Source: a virus. Taken from it: a stretch of 40,843 bases of DNA. The first letter of the stretch is position 1, and the number at the start of each line of letters is the position of its first letter. This document shows, piece after piece, positions 22,958-30,539 of the stretch. A program made the position numbers and the translations under genes. The stretch spans positions 1 through 40,843 of IMG/VR virus record IMGVR_UViG_3300005467_000022. The stretch is one strand, 5' to 3'. The notes under the pieces are model-generated. The model worked only from the letters and a program-made list of their open reading frames with translations. It had not been told where the DNA came from and made no database searches.

Positions 22958-24694
22958 TCAGGTGTAGAGCCCGGACCAGGTCCGGGAGGTACGGATCTCG
23001 CCGCGTCCCGCCGTGAAGCGCACCGGCAGCGAGGCGCCGGCCGGGGCCCACTCCCGGGACATGCAGTCGCGGACGATGCGGCCGATCTCCTGGGCGTCCT
23101 CCTCCTTCGCCTGTAGGACCACTTCATCGTGGACAATCACGCGCAAAAGGGGCAGGATGTCCGGCGCCTTGTGGGCCAGGGTGATGAGGCACTCGGCGAT
23201 GACGTCCCGGGTGGTGGACTGGCCGATCATGGCGGGTGCCTGGGTGTACGACCGCTGGGGGTCGACCCGCAGGCGGCGCCCCCACCCGTTGGTGAGGAGC
23301 ACCCCGGCGTCGCCCATCTCGCGCACCCGCTTCTGCCACGCGACCACACCGGGGAAGGCGGAGGCCATGTAGCCGGTGACCGCGTACGCGGCCTGCGGAG
23401 TGACGCCAGGGGTGTTCTCAGCCATGCCCTTGGCGGTGCGGCCGTACAGCCAGCCCAGGTCCAGCGTCTTGGCGTACTTGCGCTCGACCCGGGACATGGC
23501 CGCGATCTCGGTGTGGATGTCCCTGTCGGGATCGTTCAGCAGCGCGATGAGGCCTGGGTCCTGCGCGTGGGCGGCGGCGCACCGGATGTCGACCTGGTCG
23601 GCGTCGATGCTCAGCAGGACGTGGCCCTCGTCCGCCACGAGGAAGGCGCGCTCCGAGTCGGAGGTCCCCTTCTTCAGGACCGTGAGGCCCGGCTCCAGGA
23701 CCGACCACCGGCCCGTCGACTGGAACGGCAGGAACTGGGGGTGCACCCGGCCGTCGGGCGAGACGCAGCGCAGCACGTTGGCCGCGTTGTTCCTGATGCC
23801 GTTCATCTCCTGGACCGCTTCGATCACGGGCAGACAGGCGTGACCGGCGGCGCGCGCCCAGTCGGCGGCGGTCTCCAGGACCTCCTTCGCGAGGGAGAGG
23901 GAGCCGTCCTTGTTGCGGGGCCAGGAGCTGACGTCGACGCCGAACGAGGTGAGGGCGGACTCCAGGGCCACCTTGCCCGCGTTCGTGCGCTGAGGAGCCG
24001 CGTAGGGCTTCCCCTTGCCGTCGGTGAGGGGGAATCCGAAGCGTTCGTGCAGCAGCGTGCGGCCGTCCTCGGCGCGCCGGGCCAGTTCGGCGGCGCGGGC
24101 GGTGAGGCCGGGCACGTCCACCTTGAAGCCGCTCAGGGTGGCGCGGGCGGTCACCGTGGCCACCCACGCCTCGCGCTGCTCGTACGGGTCCCAGGGGATC
24201 GCCGCGTCCAGGCGGCGCGTCAGGTCCAGGTCGGCGCGCAGGTAGTCGGTGTAGCGGGGATCGCCCGCGGGGATGCGGTCCCAGCCGCCGTACTCCTTCG
24301 CCAGTTCCTTGCCCAGGTCGGACTTGCGGGCGTCACCGAGGTAGCGCTCCGCCAGGGCGTCCATGGAGTAGCTCTTGAACCCGGGGCCGGACGAGGTCTC
24401 GTACGTGGTGGGCGGGTCGTGCTGGAAGGCAGCGACGCGCAGGTCCCGGCTGAAGGGGATCGTCGTCTCCACCGGGATGCCGCAGTGCCGGTCCAGGGCG
24501 GGGAAATCGAAGAAGTGCCCGTTGACCGTGACGTGGGGCTGGCGGCTGAAGAAGTACTGCTCCCCGGGCCCGCGCACCTCGTCGTCCACACCCAGGAGAC
24601 GGACGTACGCGGGGTCGGGGGCCGACGTGTACAGGCGGTCGGCGCTGCCCGTTTCGATATCGAGTGGGATGAAGGCGGGGCGGTCGTCGGTCAT
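22958..24694 (-). CDS. Family A DNA polymerase (Pol I-like, 578 aa) with an N-terminal exonuclease-like region
   Basis: Motif A-like is LLSIDADQVDIR, motif B is RKYAKTLDLGWLYG and motif C is VIVHDEVV. The N-terminal PLDIETGS is Exo I-like. ATG 24694 has a GAGGAG RBS, and the track ORF start is a shadow extension. Confidence 0.9.
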   Translation of the reverse strand: MTDDRPAFIPLDIETGSADRLYTSAPDPAYVRLLGVDDEVRGPGEQYFFSRQPHVTVNGHFFDFPALDRHCGIPVETTIPFSRDLRVAAFQHDPPTTYETSSGPGFKSYSMDALAERYLGDARKSDLGKELAKEYGGWDRIPAGDPRYTDYLRADLDLTRRLDAAIPWDPYEQREAWVATVTARATLSGFKVDVPGLTARAAELARRAEDGRTLLHERFGFPLTDGKGKPYAAPQRTNAGKVALESALTSFGVDVSSWPRNKDGSLSLAKEVLETAADWARAAGHACLPVIEAVQEMNGIRNNAANVLRCVSPDGRVHPQFLPFQSTGRWSVLEPGLTVLKKGTSDSERAFLVADEGHVLLSIDADQVDIRCAAAHAQDPGLIALLNDPDRDIHTEIAAMSRVERKYAKTLDLGWLYGRTAKGMAENTPGVTPQAAYAVTGYMASAFPGVVAWQKRVREMGDAGVLLTNGWGRRLRVDPQRSYTQAPAMIGQSTTRDVIAECLITLAHKAPDILPLLRVIVHDEVVLQAKEEDAQEIGRIVRDCMSREWAPAGASLPVRFTAGRGEIRTSRTWSGLYT

Positions 24695-24702
24695 GGAGCT
24701 CC

Positions 24703-24897
24703 TCAGTCGAACGGGTTGGCCCGGAACGGGGTGCCGTCGGGCTTGGTGTTGGACCGCAGCCACTGGGCGGCGGCCAGCTCCAGGGCGGCGGTCCGGGTCA
24801 ACCGCAATGCCTTGGCCGCCTGGATGAAGTCCCACCACAGGCCCTCGGAGTCCTTTGTCACGTTTGCCACCACATTGGGCAGTTTGTTGGTTGCCAT
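24703..24897 (-). CDS. Hypothetical small protein (64 aa), first gene of the polymerase operon
   Basis: The start is MATNKLPNVV at 24897. The helical LRLTRTAALELAAAQWL could be DNA-binding, but this is unproven. Confidence 0.45.
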   Translation of the reverse strand: MATNKLPNVVANVTKDSEGLWWDFIQAAKALRLTRTAALELAAAQWLRSNTKPDGTPFRANPFD

Positions 24898-24944
24898 GGC
24901 CACCACAGTAGACAGTCTTGTAAGAAGTTGCAACTTCTTACAAG
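24898..24944 (-). promoter_or_regulatory. Perfect 28-bp palindrome (24917..24944) abutting a degenerate motif copy just upstream of ATG 24897
   Basis: The palindrome is CTTGTAAGAAGTTG/CAACTTCTTACAAG. On the minus strand AAGACTGTCTACTGTGG lies next to it. G+C is locally low. Confidence 0.5.
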
Positions 24945-24975
24945 GAAATCTAGATGATCATGGTCCTGACCAGGG

Positions 24976-25064
24976 CCTTACGCCTCTTACGCGTAGTCTG
25001 GGTTCCCTCACGTGAGGGAATCTCTCAGAGGGCGGAGCCGGAGGTTCGCGTAAGAGGCGTAAGG
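24976..25064. repeat. Nested inverted repeats: an 18-bp outer IR enclosing a perfect 18-bp palindrome
   Basis: CCTTACGCCTCTTACGCG (24976-24993) pairs with CGCGTAAGAGGCGTAAGG (25047-25064). The inner palindrome is TTCCCTCACGTGAGGGAA (25003-25020). The block lies just after the primase/helicase stop. Confidence 0.7.
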
Positions 25065-25080
25065 TGATCTTGTAACTGGG

Positions 25081-27252
25081 TCAGAACGGGCTGTTCCCGG
25101 GCACAGGGATGGTTGTCATCCCAGAAGGTGCGATACGGACACCCCACCAGACCCGCTTGGCGGCCCCGTCCACCCACTTGACCTTGTACTCGATGCGGTG
25201 TGCCTGGACCCGGTCGTGGGCCCCGAACCGGGAGTCGAACGTCCGCTTCGACCACGGCTTGTGGCCGGTCGGCACCAGCCACTGGCCGAAGGTGTTGAAC
25301 AGGTCCATGGGGGCGGTCATCGCCTCCGGGTCGACCTCCAGACGTTCCTCCAGGAAGGACATGATCAGGTCCCCCTCGCGGCGCCACGCGAGCGTGTCTG
25401 CCACGATCCGATCTGGGTGAGGCGGCAGCACCTTCCCCGCCTCGTACCACCTCACGGCCCCCGCCACGGCCCACGCCAGGGCCGCCCGTGCCGGGCCCTG
25501 GTCGAGCTTGCAGCGGTCGCGCAGCGCGGGGTCCCCCAGCCGGTCCGTCTCCGACACCACGTCCCCGGGCCGGGACCGGAAGGTGTACGGGAACCTGAGC
25601 ATGGCCAGGCGCCGCCACGTGGCGTGGTCCGTCTCCGCCACAGCCGGGGCGAAGTTCGTGTTCACGAACAGCGAGTGGGTGGCGTCGAAGGTCACCGGGT
25701 CCTGGCGGATGCGCCGGGCCGTGATCTGCGGCGTGCCCACGGTCTTCTTCAGTTGCTGCACGTTGAGCTGGCGCGCCTCCGGCGTCTCTTCCATGAGCGC
25801 CAGACGGGCCCCCCGCAGGTCCATCATCTCGGTGGGGTGCTGGTCCACGTTCCCGAGGATCACCCGGTCGGAGAGCTGGACCTGGTAGTCGCCCGCCGCC
25901 CGTGCGATCGGGACCGCCAGCGTGGACTTGCCGTTCTCGCCGCCGCCCTGTTGCACCAGCATCACGTCGTCGGGCGTCATGTACCCCGTGAACGCCTGCC
26001 CGATCCGGAGCTGGTACCACGGCACCACGTCATCGGGCAGTGCCCGCAGTGCCTGCCGGAAATCCGGATCGTCCGCCGCCGACGGGTCGTACTCGGCGCC
26101 GGTCACCTTGGTCATGCGGTACTCGGGATCGGGGTCGAGCAGCTCCCCGGTGCGCAGGTCGACCACGCCGTTCGGCGTGTTCAGCAGATCCGGGTGACGG
26201 TCGAACTCGGACGCCAGCGCATGAAGAGGTCCTTTGGCCAAGGACGCCAGTGCGCGGATGCGGCCCGCCGTGAGGACCTGCTTCCACCCGTTGATGCGGG
26301 CCTCCACCTCCCGGCTGTGGTCGTGCTTGTACTCCTCCAGCACGTCCTCCCAGTGGCCCTTGGCCCACAGGCGGACCTCTTCGACGATGAGGGAGTCGTC
26401 CGTCTGTACCCACCGACACCCGTCGTAGCGCATCCAGCCCAGCCCCTGGGCGTACAGGAACCGGCCTTCCAGCGCCTCGGAACACACGGCGTCGGTGAGG
26501 AACGCCTCGGTGAGAGTGGCGTCCTTGGAGCCGGTGTCGCGCGGCGCCGACTCGGACGCCGCCGCGTACAGTGCCGGGAGCGTGCCGCCCGCCGCGAAGT
26601 AGTCGTCCACCCCCTTGACCGGAACGCCACCGACCTCGGCGGGGACGACCAGGTAGTGGGCGGTTGCGCCACGGGACCTGAGCCAGTCGACCAGCCGCCT
26701 CATGGCGGCCCTTACCTTCGGATTGGTGACCGCGTCCGAGTCGAAGCACACGGCCACTGGCCGCCCACGCAGGGGAACGTCCTCCCAGTCCCCGAGCGTC
26801 CCCTCCTGGTTGCGCCAGTTCCACACACCGGTGAGGGACACCGCCGCCAGGCCGAGCGAGGCCAGGGCGTCCGCCTTCTTCTCCCCCTCCGTGATCCAGA
26901 GCGGGAGAGCGGCGTCGTTCACCCACCCCGTGCACGCGGGGTGGACGCCCACCCGCAGGTTCATGCCCTTCGGGCTGACGTACTTGGGGGTCTTCCCCGT
27001 GCTGGGGTGCGGCTGCGGGACCGCCGGCTTGAACTGGATGCCGATGTACTCGCCGGTCCTCACGCGGTACCGGGGAATCGCCAGGCCCGGGAATGCCGAG
27101 TCGTCGCGGACCGCCCACGCGGGGATGCCCGCGTCCTGCAGCCAACCACGGTGCTCGGGACCGACGGTGGCGTACCGGCGCGACTCGATCAGCTCGGGGC
27201 TGATGCACGATCCGGCGAGTTCAGCCTCGTGCTGAGGCTGGAGGCGGCTCAA
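25081..27252 (-). CDS. Bifunctional DNA primase/helicase (Toprim-like N-terminus plus D5/P4-type SF3 helicase, 723 aa)
   Basis: Toprim-like motifs are ITEGEKKADAL and AVCFDSDA. Walker A is QQGGGENGKST and Walker B-like is ARLALMEE. The TTG start overlaps the upstream TGA (TTGA). Confidence 0.85.
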   Translation of the reverse strand: MSRLQPQHEAELAGSCISPELIESRRYATVGPEHRGWLQDAGIPAWAVRDDSAFPGLAIPRYRVRTGEYIGIQFKPAVPQPHPSTGKTPKYVSPKGMNLRVGVHPACTGWVNDAALPLWITEGEKKADALASLGLAAVSLTGVWNWRNQEGTLGDWEDVPLRGRPVAVCFDSDAVTNPKVRAAMRRLVDWLRSRGATAHYLVVPAEVGGVPVKGVDDYFAAGGTLPALYAAASESAPRDTGSKDATLTEAFLTDAVCSEALEGRFLYAQGLGWMRYDGCRWVQTDDSLIVEEVRLWAKGHWEDVLEEYKHDHSREVEARINGWKQVLTAGRIRALASLAKGPLHALASEFDRHPDLLNTPNGVVDLRTGELLDPDPEYRMTKVTGAEYDPSAADDPDFRQALRALPDDVVPWYQLRIGQAFTGYMTPDDVMLVQQGGGENGKSTLAVPIARAAGDYQVQLSDRVILGNVDQHPTEMMDLRGARLALMEETPEARQLNVQQLKKTVGTPQITARRIRQDPVTFDATHSLFVNTNFAPAVAETDHATWRRLAMLRFPYTFRSRPGDVVSETDRLGDPALRDRCKLDQGPARAALAWAVAGAVRWYEAGKVLPPHPDRIVADTLAWRREGDLIMSFLEERLEVDPEAMTAPMDLFNTFGQWLVPTGHKPWSKRTFDSRFGAHDRVQAHRIEYKVKWVDGAAKRVWWGVRIAPSGMTTIPVPGNSPF

Positions 27253-27635
27253 CGGTCACCAGCCGTGCGCTCGGCCTTGATGCGCTCGGTGATCTCACGG
27301 AGTTTCTCGTGGCCGTGCCAGAGGAAGTTGTACCCACAGGTGTACCCGTCGCCTCCGATGCACACCACCCACTCGCCGGGCTGGGGCTCCGTTCCTTCGG
27401 GGTGGTGGTTTCCCCAGACGAAGGGGTGCCCGCCCTGAGGGCACCGGGCGTTGCCGGAATCCCCGGTGGCCCCGTCGACGATCACCGCAGTCTCAGCCAG
27501 AACGAGGGCACGCCGCAGTCCGGCTCCGGCTCCCCGCTCCCGGTGGAGTTCGGCCAGTGCTTCGGCAAGGACCCATTCGTCTTCGTCCAGGCGGACGCTG
27601 CGCGATTCCCTGGGAAGGTTGTTGCTGGAGTTCAT
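27249..27635 (-). CDS. Putative ribbon-helix-helix DNA-binding protein, first gene of the leftward arm (128 aa)
   Basis: The N-terminal SRSVRLDEDEWVLAEALAELHRERG has a beta-strand-plus-helix RHH pattern and the C-terminal half is Cys/His-rich. ATG 27635 lies 2 nt from the inverted repeat. Confidence 0.45.
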   Translation of the reverse strand: MNSSNNLPRESRSVRLDEDEWVLAEALAELHRERGAGAGLRRALVLAETAVIVDGATGDSGNARCPQGGHPFVWGNHHPEGTEPQPGEWVVCIGGDGYTCGYNFLWHGHEKLREITERIKAERTAGDR

Positions 27636-27636
27636 G

Positions 27637-27680
27637 AGGCGAACGTAGCACACACGAAATAAAATGTGCTACGTTCGCCT
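27637..27680. promoter_or_regulatory. 15-bp perfect inverted repeat with an AT-rich spacer in the divergent control region
   Basis: AGGCGAACGTAGCAC pairs with GTGCTACGTTCGCCT across the spacer acacgaaataaaat. It lies between the divergently transcribed genes that start at 27635 and 27711. Confidence 0.6.
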
Positions 27681-27710
27681 CACACCAACGACGACACGGA
27701 GGACCACATC

Positions 27711-28745
27711 ATGACCGATGAGAACCGTTGCCCCGTCACCGCCCCCGAGGGGGACGCCCGGTGCACGCTCCCGACCGGCCACCGTCTGCCGCACCGGGGT
27801 GAGGGTTGTATGTGGCTGGACGAAGGGTCCCGGTGCCCGGCTCAGCGCACCCCGGAAGGGGACCAGTGTGTCCGCCCTGTCCGCCACCCCCTGCCGCACC
27901 GGGACGCCTGGTGGAGGAAGTGGGCGCTCCCCTTCGACGGGGAGGACGAGCCCCGCCGGTGCGCCATGTTCCCCCACGCCGCCGATCAGGGCCAGTGCAT
28001 CTTCGACGCGGGCCACGAGCACCCGCACCGGGACGAGAGGGACACCGAGTGGCAGGTGACCGGCGATGGGACCACCTGCCGACGGGACGGCTGTACGTAC
28101 CGCTCGGGCCACGAGGGCCTTCACGGCAGCGGGCCCGGTGACTACATCGGCGGCCGTCTGGTCGAAGAGGTTCTCCCCGAGGCGTTCCAGCGCATCTCTG
28201 TGCTGGAGAGGCGCCCGCAGAACACGTCCCCCCACGCCGCCCTTGCTGAGGCATTGGAGCGTGCCCAGCGTCCCCTGTCCTGCGGCGCCACGCACACTCC
28301 CGAGGATGTGACGTACGTCTGCTCGCGCCGGTCCGGCCACACGGGCGGTCACCTGGACGACGCACAGGACGAGTGGTGGATGCCGGTCGGGGGTGCGCAG
28401 CCGGGGGCCGAGAAGCCGGTAGCCGGGCTGGACGTGTGCGGCAGTCGTGCGGGCGGGGACCTCGCGACTCTGTGCACCGAGCGGAACGGCCACGACATGC
28501 CGCACAAGGACAAGCTGACCGGTCTGACATGGGGTCCGGAGCCGACGGCCGAGTGCGGGCTCCGCACTCGGCCGTCGTGGTCTGCGACCCGGCTCCGGTG
28601 CTCCCGGGTCGCAGACCACGACGGGCACCACACGGACAGGCGGTTCGGCACGTCGTGGACCGAGGACGTGGATCTGCCGAGTCTGTGCACGTGGCCGTGC
28701 GTCTTCCGCGAGGGCCACAAGGGTGAGTGCAGTCAGCCGGTCTGA
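27711..28745 (+). CDS. Protein made of 8 tandem C-Xn-C-X5-H-X3-(H/C) zinc-finger-like units (344 aa)
   Basis: A GGAGGA RBS precedes the start. The unit cores include CTLPTGHRLPH, CVRPVRHPLPH, CIFDAGHEHPH, CTYRSGHEGLH, CSRRSGHTGGH, CTERNGHDMPH, CSRVADHDGHH and CVFREGHKGEC. Confidence 0.7.
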   Translation: MTDENRCPVTAPEGDARCTLPTGHRLPHRGEGCMWLDEGSRCPAQRTPEGDQCVRPVRHPLPHRDAWWRKWALPFDGEDEPRRCAMFPHAADQGQCIFDAGHEHPHRDERDTEWQVTGDGTTCRRDGCTYRSGHEGLHGSGPGDYIGGRLVEEVLPEAFQRISVLERRPQNTSPHAALAEALERAQRPLSCGATHTPEDVTYVCSRRSGHTGGHLDDAQDEWWMPVGGAQPGAEKPVAGLDVCGSRAGGDLATLCTERNGHDMPHKDKLTGLTWGPEPTAECGLRTRPSWSATRLRCSRVADHDGHHTDRRFGTSWTEDVDLPSLCTWPCVFREGHKGECSQPV

Positions 28746-28752
28746 CCCTGGA

Positions 28753-28799
28753 CACACCGCAGCCCCAGCGCCGAAGGATGACGCTGGGGCTGCGGTGTG
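28753..28799. terminator. 18-bp perfect-stem bidirectional hairpin between convergent genes
   Basis: CACACCGCAGCCCCAGCG pairs with CGCTGGGGCTGCGGTGTG across an 11-nt loop. Confidence 0.7.
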
Positions 28800-28827
28800 C
28801 TCGGACCTGCCGTCGGGCCACACGCTA

Positions 28828-29109
28828 TCAGCGCACCGCCGCCTCGCGGTCCTTGCTCCCCCGCCGGTTCCAGTGGGCCCACTTGGTCCGGGCCGCCTGC
28901 TCCATTTCGCTGGTGTCGAAGACGACCCCGAGCTGCGGATGCAGGTACCGCTTCACCTTGCCGGACGCCGCCCACCGGGTCAGCGTGCGCACCGTGGTCC
29001 CGGCCAGCCCGGCGGCTGTCTCGCGGTCGACCACGGACATGCCACGCGGCGGAGGGTCCAGGGGTGCCGTCACGCGGCCGTCCCCGGCCCGTGTCGCTCG
29101 TCGTGTCAT
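28828..29109 (-). CDS. Helix-turn-helix DNA-binding protein, MerR/excisionase-like (93 aa; alternative ATG at 29040)
   Basis: The sequence MSVVDRETAAGLAGTTVRTLTRWAASGKVK is a typical HTH. It is the only minus-strand gene inside the rightward arm. Confidence 0.5.
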   Translation of the reverse strand: MTRRATRAGDGRVTAPLDPPPRGMSVVDRETAAGLAGTTVRTLTRWAASGKVKRYLHPQLGVVFDTSEMEQAARTKWAHWNRRGSKDREAAVR

Positions 29110-29137
29110 GGGATCACGGTACCCCGGAGGTCAGGTG

Positions 29138-29170
29138 TGTGGACAGCTTGAGATTGTGAAGTTGTCCATA
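29138..29170. promoter_or_regulatory. Divergent pair of motif copies
   Basis: tgTGGACAGCTTg (reverse copy, 29138-29150) and GAAGTTGTCCATA (29158-29170) form an inverted pair between the genes starting at 29109 (minus) and 29183 (plus). Confidence 0.55.
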
Positions 29171-29182
29171 TACGCTGTCCCC

Positions 29183-29743
29183 ATGAAGCGATTTCTCTAC
29201 CCCACCCCGGCACAGACCGAGATCCCGCTGGTGTGGTCCGCATACGGGGCCGACGCGCTCGACCACCACTACGAAGGGCGGCGGGCCGAGACCCGGGTCC
29301 ACCTCCACGAACTGGTCCGCCGCCTCGGGCTCGGCCCCGGCTACACGGCGATGTCCCGGCACGTGGCGCGCCGCAGGCTCGCGGTCCTGGACCCGGAGCT
29401 GCTGAAGGCCCTGGTCACCGTGCTGCGGTACCACGGGTACATCCACCGCGACCCGGGCACGGACCACTGGCGCGCCACCCCGCTCACCGGGGTCCAGCTC
29501 CATGCCGTGCGGCTGTACGCCTCGGGCCTGGACCAGGGCCAGATCGCCGCCACGCTGCGCGTCAACCGGTCCTCGGTGTCGGCCCGCATGATCCGCATCA
29601 TGCGGGCCACCGACAGCCGCACGGTGCCCCAGGCGCTCATCCGCGTGTACGACCTGGGGTGGCTCCCGGACCGGGACGAGCGCGATCTCCTGGCGCGCCG
29701 CAAGGTGGGCGGCTTCCCGTACCTGATCCAGGAAGAGGACTGA
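29183..29743 (+). CDS. LuxR/GerE-type HTH transcriptional regulator (186 aa)
   Basis: The C-terminal LTGVQLHAVRLYASGLDQGQIAATLRVNRSSVSARMIRIMRA fits the GerE-type HTH. The ATG lies 12 nt after the motif. Confidence 0.6.
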   Translation: MKRFLYPTPAQTEIPLVWSAYGADALDHHYEGRRAETRVHLHELVRRLGLGPGYTAMSRHVARRRLAVLDPELLKALVTVLRYHGYIHRDPGTDHWRATPLTGVQLHAVRLYASGLDQGQIAATLRVNRSSVSARMIRIMRATDSRTVPQALIRVYDLGWLPDRDERDLLARRKVGGFPYLIQEED

Positions 29744-29744
29744 C

Positions 29745-29927
29745 ATGACACGCGAAGAGCACATCGCCGCGATCCGAGATGCGGTGGCGGCAGCGCAGGA
29801 CGACGGGTTCGTGGTCGGGATCGAGAACGACTGCTGCGGGTGCAGTGGCATGAAGCTGGTGGTGGCCGACGACTGGGACGACCCGACGCACGTGATCGTC
29901 GACTCGAACGGTGAGGTGCCGGTGTGA
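29745..29927 (+). CDS. Hypothetical protein (60 aa)
   Basis: The ATG lies 1 nt after the upstream stop and third-position G+C is coding-like. Confidence 0.45.
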   Translation: MTREEHIAAIRDAVAAAQDDGFVVGIENDCCGCSGMKLVVADDWDDPTHVIVDSNGEVPV

Positions 29928-30115
29928 AGGCGTACCGCAGGGGACTGCACCCGAGGGCCGTGGCGCGGGCCCGGTTCCAGGTGCTGCGCCACCGTGACGA
30001 GACCGGTCCGGCGGTGGTGCCGGAATACGTGACCGAACTGGAGCGCATGGCGTCGTGGTACGCCCGTTCCCTGGACGGGATGAAGAACGCGTTCGGGAGG
30101 ATGCCGTGGGTGTGA
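29924..30115 (+). CDS. Hypothetical protein (63 aa)
   Basis: The GTG start overlaps the upstream TGA (GTGA). Confidence 0.45.
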   Translation: MKAYRRGLHPRAVARARFQVLRHRDETGPAVVPEYVTELERMASWYARSLDGMKNAFGRMPWV

Positions 30116-30279
30116 GGACGCTGTACCGCCTCGTCTGCGACACGGACGACTGCGGCGCCGTGGGTGAGATCCAGCTCAGTCCCACGAGGGCCATGCAGGC
30201 GGGATGGGACACGGGCTGGGCCCCCTGCGGCGACGGTCAGTGGCTGTGCCCGCCGTGCCTGAAGGCGGAGGAACGGTGA
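30112..30279 (+). CDS. Small Zn-ribbon protein, paralogue A (55 aa)
   Basis: A GTGA overlap start gives VRTLYRLVCDTDDCGAVGE...AMQAGWDTGW...WLCPPC. Confidence 0.5.
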   Translation: MRTLYRLVCDTDDCGAVGEIQLSPTRAMQAGWDTGWAPCGDGQWLCPPCLKAEER

Positions 30280-30539
30280 TCCGGGCGACCTACCACGTCG
30301 AGTGCGACGGTCCCTGCGGCGAGTACCTCATGGCGTACGAGGGGGCGGAGCTGACCTCGTCTGAAGTCGCCCGGTTCCGGGGTGAGCGTGCCGCCCGGCA
30401 GGCGGCCGAGACCGAGGGGTGGAAGCAGCACACGGCTGTATCCCCGTCGACGTACCAGTGGCTCTGCCCGGCATGCAGGCTCAACCCGCTGGATATCAAG
30501 CTGCCCTCGTGGCAGATCACGAACGGGGTGGGCACATGA
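30276..30539 (+). CDS. Small Zn-ribbon protein, paralogue B (87 aa)
   Basis: A GTGA overlap start gives VIRATYHVECDGPCGEY...AETEGWKQH...WLCPAC. Confidence 0.5.
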   Translation: MIRATYHVECDGPCGEYLMAYEGAELTSSEVARFRGERAARQAAETEGWKQHTAVSPSTYQWLCPACRLNPLDIKLPSWQITNGVGT

